Positions 21,504 through 33,209 of a stretch of DNA of 64,000 bases are shown here, one piece after another. Source of the DNA: Bdellovibrionales bacterium (lineage in GTDB: Bacteria > Bdellovibrionota > Bdellovibrionia > Bdellovibrionales > UBA1609). Positions within the stretch are counted from its first letter, which is position 1. Each line of letters opens with the position of its first letter. The stretch covers positions 38,419-102,418 of the forward strand of contig JABSOQ010000003.1 of NCBI GenBank assembly GCA_013216195.1. The letters run 5' to 3'. Under the pieces are notes generated by a model, which did not search any database, had not been told where the DNA came from, and saw nothing but the letters and a program-made list of their open reading frames with translations. Both the position numbers and the translations under genes were made by a program.

Positions 21504-21880
21504 ACGAAATAGAAGCCATCACCGCAAACAGCCAAGAGAGCCAAGGTTCAGTAGAACCCGGCCAGGTTACGGCTCTGCTCAACCAAGGCGCAAGCTTTGA
21601 TGGTAAGCTGACTTTCGAGGGCACCGTTAGAATTGGTGGCAAGTTCAAAGGCGAGATCTTCACTAAGGACACGCTTGTTATTGGCCCTGGAGCGTACGTC
21701 CAGGCTCAGATAGAAGCCGAGACGGTGATTCTCTCAGGGTTCGTGAAAGGCAATATTTTTGCGAGGCGTCGAGTGCTAATGCATCCACCGGCTATATTTC
21801 AGGGGACCGTGACTACACCAAGTCTTCGAATCGATGAAGGTGTGGTATTTGAGGGTGCTTCTTACATGCCAAAAGCCTAA
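21500..21880 (+). CDS. Bactofilin-family cytoskeletal protein
   Basis: 126 aa. The beta-helical repeat pattern is typical of bactofilin/DUF583 (FDGKLTFEGTVRIGGKFKGEIFTKDTLVIGPGAYVQAQIEAETVILSGFVKGNIFA...). The ATGA overlap with the parB stop suggests coupling. Confidence 0.8.
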   Translation: MNEIEAITANSQESQGSVEPGQVTALLNQGASFDGKLTFEGTVRIGGKFKGEIFTKDTLVIGPGAYVQAQIEAETVILSGFVKGNIFARRRVLMHPPAIFQGTVTTPSLRIDEGVVFEGASYMPKA

Positions 21881-21927
21881 CGAAACCAACAGCCACAACC
21901 ACCCCGGTTTTCCTGTCATTTTTGGCA

Positions 21928-21956
21928 TTTACATTGGCTCTTAACTATCCTATAAG
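21928..21956 (+). promoter_or_regulatory. Candidate sigma70 promoter of the atpF' operon
   Basis: TTTACA, a 17-nt spacer, then TATAAG. It lies about 80 bp upstream of the ATG at 22034. Pattern match only. Confidence 0.35.
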
Positions 21957-22033
21957 GTGCCCATTTCAGGATTCTATCGATCTTTGTCGCGGACCATAAA
22001 ATCCTAAGGCAAAATCTAAAGGGCAGTAATCAT

Positions 22034-22480
22034 ATGGAGATATTTGCAACTCTAGGTATCAATCAGACCGTATTTATTCAGTTTGGTATCTTTATGATTG
22101 TTTATTTGGTGCTTTCAAACATGCTTTTTAAGCCCTACTTGGCAGCATTTACCAAAAGAAAAGAGCAAACAGTTGGCAAAACTGATTTAGCCGAGCGTTT
22201 CATTAAAGAAACCGAAGAGCTAGAGGCCGAGTTCGCAACAAAAGCTCGAGAAATGAACAAGCAGACAAAAGAAATTTTCGATTCAAGCCGAACCGAAGCT
22301 CTCAAAAAGTATGACGACGTAGTACTTGAGGCTAGAGGCAAAGCTAACAAGATTCTAGATGCGGCCAGAACAGAAATTGAAACTCAAGTTTCGGCAGCTC
22401 GCCAACAACTCGACTCAGAGATTCCAGCGGTAACTCAAACAATCAACGCACAGATTGTCGGTAAGGAGTTAGCACAATGA
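22034..22480 (+). CDS. atpF2: ATP synthase F0 subunit b'
   Basis: 148 aa with a single N-terminal TM helix followed by a long charged helix. It is the first of two b-type genes preceding atpH. Confidence 0.75.
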   Translation: MEIFATLGINQTVFIQFGIFMIVYLVLSNMLFKPYLAAFTKRKEQTVGKTDLAERFIKETEELEAEFATKAREMNKQTKEIFDSSRTEALKKYDDVVLEARGKANKILDAARTEIETQVSAARQQLDSEIPAVTQTINAQIVGKELAQ

Positions 22481-23055
22481 GCATCCACTATAAATTGATT
22501 GCACTTGCTGTGTTCACATTAGTTTCGCAACTGACGTTTGCTGCTAGTGGTGGTGGTCACGGTGAATCTCATGGTGTGCCTTGGGTTATGGTTCTTCAGC
22601 AAGTGACGAACTTTGCAATCGCAATTGGCATCATCGTTTATTTTGCTGGGGGTTCTATTGGTGGTTACTTTAAAAACAGACGTGAGGAGTTCACACAGCT
22701 ATTGAAAAAAGCTGAAGAAGCGAAATCAACTGCCGAAAGAAAAAAGAGAGAGGTCTCAGACAGACTGTCTAAATTGACTTCAACAAAAGACCAAACATTA
22801 GCTGAAGCAAAGTCAGAAGCAGAGGCGATGAAAAAGAGAATTCTTGATGAGGCAACTAGTCTCTCTGAACGATTAGAAAAAGAAGCTCACAGAACGGCTA
22901 GCTTTGAAGCAGAGAGAGCAAAACTTAGACTTCGCACAGAGCTTCTAGAAAAGTCTATGAACGCCTCTAAAGAGTCACTGCCCGGTATGGTAGATGGTTC
23001 AAAATCGACTGTCTTGAATAATCAATTTGTTGAGAAACTGCAGGTGAGCCAGTGA
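22477..23055 (+). CDS. atpF: ATP synthase F0 subunit b
   Basis: 192 aa with an N-terminal hydrophobic segment plus a coiled-coil stalk. It overlaps both neighbouring genes by 4 nt. Confidence 0.75.
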   Translation: MSIHYKLIALAVFTLVSQLTFAASGGGHGESHGVPWVMVLQQVTNFAIAIGIIVYFAGGSIGGYFKNRREEFTQLLKKAEEAKSTAERKKREVSDRLSKLTSTKDQTLAEAKSEAEAMKKRILDEATSLSERLEKEAHRTASFEAERAKLRLRTELLEKSMNASKESLPGMVDGSKSTVLNNQFVEKLQVSQ

Positions 23056-23603
23056 AAAAGTCTTCAGAACTCGCAACCCGTTACGCTAAAGCACTATACA
23101 AATTGGCCTCTGATGCAGGTGAAATCGAAAAAACCATGGAAGAGCTTCTTGAAGTTCGACAGGTTTTTCAAACCGAGCCTGACATTGTTGCCTTCATTAC
23201 TTCACCTTTAGTGAGCAACGACAAAAAAGAGTCGGTAATTAACGATGGCCTCAATGGCAACAAACTGTCTTCGAACACTAAGAATTTTTTAAAGCTACTA
23301 GCCAAAAAAGATAGATTTCAAGTCTTACCAGATATTTTTGATGCTTTTCAGGCACTGATTGATGACGAGTCTGGCGTCGTTCGAGGAGTTGTAAAATCAA
23401 CCTCCGCTCTTGAATCAGATATTAAATCTAAAATTGAATCAAAAATCAGTTCTGTCACAGGCAAAAAAGTCATGCTTGATTATGAGGTTTCTTCAGACCT
23501 AGTTGGAGGGCTTCAAGCTCAGGTTGGTACCTACACTTTTGACGACAGTCTAATTTCGCACTTGAACAGATTAAACGAAGAATTAAATAGGAGATCACTC
23601 TAG
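23052..23603 (+). CDS. atpH: ATP synthase F1 subunit delta
   Basis: 183 aa, OSCP-like ([12 protein letters not shown] at the N-terminus). Positioned between atpF and atpA. Confidence 0.85.
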   Translation: MKKSSELATRYAKALYKLASDAGEIEKTMEELLEVRQVFQTEPDIVAFITSPLVSNDKKESVINDGLNGNKLSSNTKNFLKLLAKKDRFQVLPDIFDAFQALIDDESGVVRGVVKSTSALESDIKSKIESKISSVTGKKVMLDYEVSSDLVGGLQAQVGTYTFDDSLISHLNRLNEELNRRSL

Positions 23604-23604
23604 T

Positions 23605-25131
<1,527 letters not shown>

Positions 25132-25138
25132 GACCTAA

Positions 25139-27434
<2,296 letters not shown>

Positions 27435-27448
27435 AAAGCGGTAGAAAC

Positions 27449-27856
27449 ATGTTTCAGTTTAGTTTGGTAACACCAGAGAAAAAAGTAGTTGAGAACATAG
27501 ACATCTCCGAAGTCATTGTTCCAGCGCATAGAGGAGAGTTGAATATTTTAAAAGGCCACTCTCCTTTAATGAGTACACTTGGTACTGGTGTTCTAAAATT
27601 CAAACGGTCTGGTGAAGGTGCTTATGAGTGCGCTGCCATCAGCTGGGGTTACCTCGAAGTTGGCCCAACTGGCGTAACTGTTCTGGCAGAGACTGCTGAG
27701 ACAGGCGATGCTGTTGATAAGCAAAGAGCTGAAGACGCTCTAGAAAAAGCGAAGTCAGAATTGAAAAAGCCTGGGCTCGGAGCTGATCAGATAGAAAAGC
27801 TTCAGTTCAAAATGAAGAAAGCTGAGGCTAGAATCGCTCTAGCCGAGCAAGACTAG
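27449..27856 (+). CDS. atpC: ATP synthase F1 subunit epsilon
   Basis: 135 aa with a beta-sandwich followed by a helical hairpin. It is the last gene of the operon. Confidence 0.9.
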   Translation: MFQFSLVTPEKKVVENIDISEVIVPAHRGELNILKGHSPLMSTLGTGVLKFKRSGEGAYECAAISWGYLEVGPTGVTVLAETAETGDAVDKQRAEDALEKAKSELKKPGLGADQIEKLQFKMKKAEARIALAEQD

Positions 27857-27892
27857 CTTAAAGGGTTTCGGCCTTAGTTTTAGTCTGTGATT

Positions 27893-27922
27893 AAGAGGCC
27901 CTTGTGGCCTCTTTTTGTTTTT
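27893..27922 (+). terminator. Rho-independent terminator after atpC
   Basis: Stem AAGAGGCC (27893-27900), loop cttgt, stem GGCCTCTT (27906-27913), followed by TTTGTTTTT. Confidence 0.8.
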
Positions 27923-28278
27923 GTCGGCAAAACAATTATTACGAACTGTTTCACCCCAATTGAACTGGCATCTGTCTTTTCGAATCTCGATATTCAGATT
28001 TAGAATATCTGGCGTTGATCAACAAATATGACTTAGGCCTGAAAGTCTCTTAAACAGAGGCTTACAGACCTTTTGCTTCATTTTAGTACATTTTAGGGTC
28101 TTCATTTTTGATGAATTTATCTGCAACAGTTTCGAACCATTACCATGTCAAAATAAGAAATTAGAGTTCAATAATTTAAAACTGACTCAATACATAACAC
28201 CTAGGCTTAGGTCTTGATCAGCTACACCCGATCAATACTAGTAAGTGATCCTAGGCTGTACGTAAGAGGGTGTTAGGG

Positions 28279-28683
28279 ATGAGTCACAAAGCAAGCATTC
28301 TGTTGGTGGAAGACGAAGAGTCCATAAGGTTCATGCTCCAGACCAAATTAATGAAAGAAGGCTACAACGTTACAACAGCTGCTAACGGTCTTCATGGTTT
28401 GCAAGTCTTGAGGTCTGGTAAAGAGTTTGACTTAATAATCTGTGACCTGAAGATGCCCGGCAAAGATGGTATCGAATTGTTTTTAGAAATGAAAAGACTA
28501 GAGCTAGATACACCACTTGTTCTCCTCACAGGGTTTCCTGAAAAAAACAAAGTAATGAACGCCATTAAAAATGGTGTCAGGGATGTTCTGTTGAAGCCGA
28601 TACCCCATCAAGAACTGATGTCAAAGATAGAAGGGTATATAGCCGAACTTGAAGAGGATGTTTCCGATTCACTAGCGTCATGA
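28279..28683 (+). CDS. Single-domain response regulator (CheY-like receiver)
   Basis: SILLVEDEE, phospho-acceptor region DLIICDLKMPGKDG, and a conserved K in LLKP. The start is placed at the ATG at 28279; the ORF-track GTG is at 28270. Confidence 0.85.
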   Translation: MSHKASILLVEDEESIRFMLQTKLMKEGYNVTTAANGLHGLQVLRSGKEFDLIICDLKMPGKDGIELFLEMKRLELDTPLVLLTGFPEKNKVMNAIKNGVRDVLLKPIPHQELMSKIEGYIAELEEDVSDSLAS

Positions 28684-28729
28684 GCCATAAAACCAATCGG
28701 TCTTTTAGTCCATGTGCCAAATCTAAAAG

Positions 28730-30283
28730 CTATGAGGCCTTCTTGTTGTTTGCGAGTAGCTGATCCTCTATCTGGCTGACAATCAAAGACACCTTGTCGT
28801 GATCTAAGGGTTTAGTCAAAAACCCATGGACACCATGTTTCGAGAGGTGGTGCTCCATAATGGCTTCACTCATGAAACCGCTCACGGCATAAACGAGAAG
28901 TTTTCTATAGTTCTGCCTTATCTCTTGAATCAGTCTAGAACCGTCCATCTTCGGCATCTTGATATCGGTAAAAACAAATTCAATTTCAGGGTTAGATTTC
29001 AAAATGTCTAGTGCCGCAAAGGCACTCTCAGCTTGAATAATTCGATAGCCGAATCTAGAAAGCTTTGTTGCTATAACCTGTCTAGAACCTTGATCGTCAT
29101 CGACAACCAGGCCCAGCGCTTTTGAAGTAGAGACAATCTCGTTGACCGCTTGGGGCTTCGGGAATTTCAGAGAAAAGGTCGTTCCCTTCCCTTCTTTACT
29201 TTTGAAAGCAAGATCTCCACCATGTGCTTTCATGATTCCATAGGACACACTCAAGCCAAGGCCGGTTCCTTCCCCGATCTCTTTTGTTGTAAAAAAGGGT
29301 GTGAGAATCTTTTCTTGTATTTCTTTGGGTATAGCTGGTCCATTATTGTGAATCTCGAGCAGCTCCGTCTTACCTTCAGCCTTCAAAGAGATTGTGATCC
29401 GCCGTTCTTCTTCGACAGAAGACAAGGCATGGATTGCGTTACTGATAATGTTCAAGATGATCTGTTCAATCTGATTGGGGTCACATTTTACTAGGTGGCC
29501 GCTCTCCCAGTTCTTGATGAGGTCAATATCGTTGTAAGAAAATTGATTTGAGACCAAACCAATAATGTTTTCTACCACCTCGATAAGATCGACGTGGGTA
29601 AGCTTCATGTCTTTGTCGTTTCTAGAAAGTCTTGTGAGCTGAGAAATGATTTTTGCCATCCTATCGGCAGCCTTCAATATAGGGCCTACTTGCCATTTGA
29701 GCTCATCAGATGAGACTTGATCACCTTCTTCACACATAAGATCAATGTTCTCCGCAAAGCCTTGAATGATCATTAGTGGGTTATTTAGCTCATGGGCGAC
29801 GCCCGCTGCTAACCGACCAATATCAGCGAGCTTTGAGACATGCGCCATTTCTCGTATCGACTTTTCTTTCTCTTCCTGACGACCCTTAAGTTTGGTCACA
29901 TCGTGAATAGACATTACGATTCGTTTTTTGCGGTTGATCTCGACTGAAGAGGCAAAAAGATTCACACCAAGAGACTTGCCACTCTTTTTTCTGATCTTTA
30001 AATCGAGTTCATTAACCTCGCCACTAGCCTCAGAGAGAATGTCCATAAGTGCATTCACTCTGTCTAAGTCTTCGCCACTGAAAAAACTGCCTATTTCAAG
30101 TTCGCCAAGTTCAGTAGAGGTATAACCGAGCAAAGATTCGACTGCCACATTTGAAAGCTCGACCTCGAATGTCTTTGCGTTAACTAAGATACTTGGTGTG
30201 TTGACAGTATTAAAAAAGGCCTTAAATGACTGTGAAATCTTGGGTAGAGACTTTGTCTTACTGGCTTTTTTGTTACTTTTCAT
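28730..30283 (-). CDS. Hybrid sensor histidine kinase (PAS, HisKA, HATPase_c and receiver domains)
   Basis: H-box LAAGVAHELNNPL, N-box IISNAIHAL, G2 GTGLGLSVSYGI, and a C-terminal receiver domain with FTDIKMPKMDG. Confidence 0.9.
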   Translation of the reverse strand: MKSNKKASKTKSLPKISQSFKAFFNTVNTPSILVNAKTFEVELSNVAVESLLGYTSTELGELEIGSFFSGEDLDRVNALMDILSEASGEVNELDLKIRKKSGKSLGVNLFASSVEINRKKRIVMSIHDVTKLKGRQEEKEKSIREMAHVSKLADIGRLAAGVAHELNNPLMIIQGFAENIDLMCEEGDQVSSDELKWQVGPILKAADRMAKIISQLTRLSRNDKDMKLTHVDLIEVVENIIGLVSNQFSYNDIDLIKNWESGHLVKCDPNQIEQIILNIISNAIHALSSVEEERRITISLKAEGKTELLEIHNNGPAIPKEIQEKILTPFFTTKEIGEGTGLGLSVSYGIMKAHGGDLAFKSKEGKGTTFSLKFPKPQAVNEIVSTSKALGLVVDDDQGSRQVIATKLSRFGYRIIQAESAFAALDILKSNPEIEFVFTDIKMPKMDGSRLIQEIRQNYRKLLVYAVSGFMSEAIMEHHLSKHGVHGFLTKPLDHDKVSLIVSQIEDQLLANNKKAS

Positions 30284-31949
30284 GGCGCACTATCTTTCGC
30301 TTTTTATTGTCAGCCTTTTTGACGGCTTTTCCTTTTTCATTAGACGGCAAACGAATAGGTCGGTTTTCTTCAAACAAATACTTTGCAAGCCAAAAGCCCG
30401 AGACGGCTGTTTGTGTATTCATATCAATAACCGCTGCAAATTCATTTCTGCCCGAGATCATTCCAGCAAAAGTGGTGTTCACGACGATCATTCGAGACTT
30501 TACAGCTCTTGGCAGGGCCGAGACCCTTCTAGCAGTGATATTTCCGGTGGCGTAATAGACACCCAACGTTTCAGGGTTCTTGGCGAAGAATCTTGTTATT
30601 TGTTCTGTACCGAAGCTGCGAAGGTTTCTGTAAGTGACACTTTTTGATTTTACTTTTTTAAAACTGTTATAAAAAGGCTTACTGGCCGTAAATACAGCAA
30701 CTTCAGAAGACTGTTTTGGAAACTTGAAGTCTTCACGAAATGCCTTTTTTGACTGTTCAAAGTTTTCTCGAGATACCATAAGAGAGAGCTCTTTTAGACG
30801 AGACAGGTGTTTTCTAATTTCGATTATATTTGGAGGGCCTAGGTTTGGCTTTTGATCCCTGAGCTGAACTTTAGCCGATAGTATTCTTCTCAAGCTATCG
30901 TTGATGCGGACTTCAGTGATCGCTCCTTTTCTGATTGCCTCTAGAAGTGCTGACTTTACCATTCTTTGCTTTTTTAAACTCCAGGCGAGCATGATCATAT
31001 CAACACCCGCACTCACTGCCCTAACAGCTCGTTCACCAACGTCGCCCACTCCAGAAGCGCCGCTCATCTCAAGGTCGTCCGTAATGACAATTCCATTGTA
31101 GCCTAGTTGATCTCTAAGTAGGTCCGTGATGATTGGCTTCGAGAAGGTGGCAGGCAGGCCCGAGGGGTCTAAAGCTGGGTACGCGACATGAGCTACCATC
31201 ATAGCTTTGATCCCATTGATCTTGCTGTATTCAGCGAATGGTAGAAGATCTTTTGTCATCAGAGTTTTTAAAGAGTCAAGCTTTTTTGCTTTCACCTTGT
31301 GAGAGTCTTGTCTTGTACCACCATGACCAGGAAAGTGTTTTGCAGTTGGTATTACGTTAGCCTTTATTAAGCCCGTCGAATATGAAACCCCATGGTTCGC
31401 AACAGCTCTCGGGTCGCCGCTGAAAGCGCGGTTGCCAATGAAATGCTTCTCTGCAGGATTAGCGACATCAAGCACTGGTGCTAGGTTCATATTAATTCCG
31501 ATAGAAGTCAGTAGCTTGCCAGTTGTAAGCCCAATGTTTTGTATCAGTTCTTGATTACCAGTATTGCCCATAGCCAAAGCGCTTGGTGAAAGAGGTTGAG
31601 TTTTGATTCTTGAAACCTGGCCACCCTCCTGATCAACCATAAACAAGAGAGGTAAACCCGACTGCGACATAGCCTCGGTTTGAGCTTGCGAAATGGTTTG
31701 GGCTAAAGCTAGTGGTGTTTTGATATTTCGACCGAATACAATGAAAGCGCCCGGTCGCAGTGATCGCAATCTGGGCCCTAAGCTGGTGTTGTAGTCGGTT
31801 CCGGCGAAGCCGAAGATCATCATCTGTTCGATCTTTTGGTCTATGGGCAGGCTCTGAATCAACTCATCTACAGACTGAGAGAACGACAACGAGTGATAAC
31901 TCATTAGGACTAAAGCTAAAATTTGGTAGAGAAATCCCAATCGCTGCAT
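30273..31949 (-). CDS. nagZ: Secreted glycoside hydrolase family 3 beta-N-acetylhexosaminidase (NagZ-like) with C-terminal extension
   Basis: A signal peptide is present. The GH3 motif is KHFPGHGGTRQDSH, with a VITDDLEM catalytic region. About 200 extra C-terminal residues are of unknown fold. It overlaps the downstream kinase start by 11 nt. Confidence 0.8.
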   Translation of the reverse strand: MQRLGFLYQILALVLMSYHSLSFSQSVDELIQSLPIDQKIEQMMIFGFAGTDYNTSLGPRLRSLRPGAFIVFGRNIKTPLALAQTISQAQTEAMSQSGLPLLFMVDQEGGQVSRIKTQPLSPSALAMGNTGNQELIQNIGLTTGKLLTSIGINMNLAPVLDVANPAEKHFIGNRAFSGDPRAVANHGVSYSTGLIKANVIPTAKHFPGHGGTRQDSHKVKAKKLDSLKTLMTKDLLPFAEYSKINGIKAMMVAHVAYPALDPSGLPATFSKPIITDLLRDQLGYNGIVITDDLEMSGASGVGDVGERAVRAVSAGVDMIMLAWSLKKQRMVKSALLEAIRKGAITEVRINDSLRRILSAKVQLRDQKPNLGPPNIIEIRKHLSRLKELSLMVSRENFEQSKKAFREDFKFPKQSSEVAVFTASKPFYNSFKKVKSKSVTYRNLRSFGTEQITRFFAKNPETLGVYYATGNITARRVSALPRAVKSRMIVVNTTFAGMISGRNEFAAVIDMNTQTAVSGFWLAKYLFEENRPIRLPSNEKGKAVKKADNKKRKIVRHEK

Positions 31950-31991
31950 ATATTAAACGCCTTCGGCCCTTTTCTTCGCTATAATTTAGTC

Positions 31992-33203
31992 ATGCATCCA
32001 AGATCTTCGACTTTGAAAAGCCAAACTCTCCTAGCTGTCATTGCAGTTCTTTTCGGGTTTTATGCAGCTTCATTGAAGGCTCAAACCCCTAATATGGATG
32101 AGGAAATTGAGATTCTAGATAATGGTCTTGATACACCATCAGAGGCAGACGATAGTTTTGTTCCAGATGATACAGTTGAAGAGTTCCCGGAAGAGGATAA
32201 CGCAACCCTTCTAGGCGAAGGTGAAGATGGCAGTGAGCTAGGTCTCTCAGAGTTAGAGGGCGACTCAGGCGAGGCTGAAGGTGATGGTGTCATCTTTGAC
32301 GAACCGATACCTGATGAAGATGTCGGAGAAGAGCTCCTCTTAGACGAAGGTATTGAATCAGATTTGAACAATCAGATCTCAGAAGAAGATGGTACAGACA
32401 GCCAAGATCAAAGTCTTGATAACGAGTTACAAGGTAGTGAGTTTTTGCAAGAGACTTTGCCTACTTCTGACTCTGCAGTGCAACAGAATTACTCTGGCGA
32501 GGTGTTAGAGGGACCACCCAATGGACAAGGCGGCTGGGTAATCGTAGAACCTACTCCTCCCTTGGTATACAGCAAGGGTTCAAAGGTAAGTCTTCTTTCG
32601 TATAGAGAAAGAAGAACAGATTGGTCGATAATGGGGTCACTCGGGTACAGTTGGTTTTTGCCAACCAACTATGAGCCCACAGTTGGAGCGTTCGCAGAGT
32701 ACGCAGACCTGTATGGCGACAACCCAAAAGGGCCATTACTTGAAGTCCAATTCACCATGAAGAGAAATTATGGTTTTGGTAGCATAGGCTTAGATGCAGG
32801 TGCTGGAGTGTTCTCTGTAGAATCCAGAGTGAATGGCGTAGACTCCACCCTCGATATCAACATGTATCGACTGGGGCTAACGATCATACTAGACACACTC
32901 TTTAAAGAGCCCTGGGTTGCTCCTTATATAGCCGGCGGTGGTTATGTGATTCAAAAGAAAGAGGCTATCGATTCGACCTCAGATAATGAATCGACTCAGG
33001 TTGCCCCTTATTATGCTTTTGGTTTTTTGTTCCAACTGGATTGGATCGACTCCAAGACTGCCTTAGGTGCTTTTTCTGAAATCGGCCTAGAAAACACCTA
33101 CCTATTTGCTGAGGGCAGACAGCTTATTGCATCTTCAGCCGAAGCTGACTCTGACTTCAGTACCGATATTTTTGCAACGGCAGGCTTTCGAGTCGAACTC
33201 TAA
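31992..33203 (+). CDS. Secreted protein: acidic disordered N-region plus putative outer-membrane beta-barrel C-domain
   Basis: The start is placed at the ATG at 31992 (MHPRSSTLKSQTLLAVIAVLFGFYAASLKAQ signal). About 150 aa are D/E-rich low complexity. The C-terminal ~220 aa show alternating hydrophobic/aromatic strand patterns and end FATAGFRVEL. Confidence 0.45.
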   Translation: MHPRSSTLKSQTLLAVIAVLFGFYAASLKAQTPNMDEEIEILDNGLDTPSEADDSFVPDDTVEEFPEEDNATLLGEGEDGSELGLSELEGDSGEAEGDGVIFDEPIPDEDVGEELLLDEGIESDLNNQISEEDGTDSQDQSLDNELQGSEFLQETLPTSDSAVQQNYSGEVLEGPPNGQGGWVIVEPTPPLVYSKGSKVSLLSYRERRTDWSIMGSLGYSWFLPTNYEPTVGAFAEYADLYGDNPKGPLLEVQFTMKRNYGFGSIGLDAGAGVFSVESRVNGVDSTLDINMYRLGLTIILDTLFKEPWVAPYIAGGGYVIQKKEAIDSTSDNESTQVAPYYAFGFLFQLDWIDSKTALGAFSEIGLENTYLFAEGRQLIASSAEADSDFSTDIFATAGFRVEL

Positions 33204-33209
33204 TACAAT

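Noticed and set aside
27965-27982. A sigma54-like string, TGGCAT-ctgtc-TTTTC, upstream of the response regulator.
   Set aside because: The -12 element lacks the conserved GC (TTTTC rather than TTGC). It also lies about 300 bp from the nearest start codon. The match is too weak.
27989-28009. A 7-bp inverted repeat, GATATTC-N7-GAATATC, in the atpC/response-regulator spacer.
   Set aside because: It is short and AT-rich in an AT-rich spacer, so it is compatible with chance. No supporting context was found.
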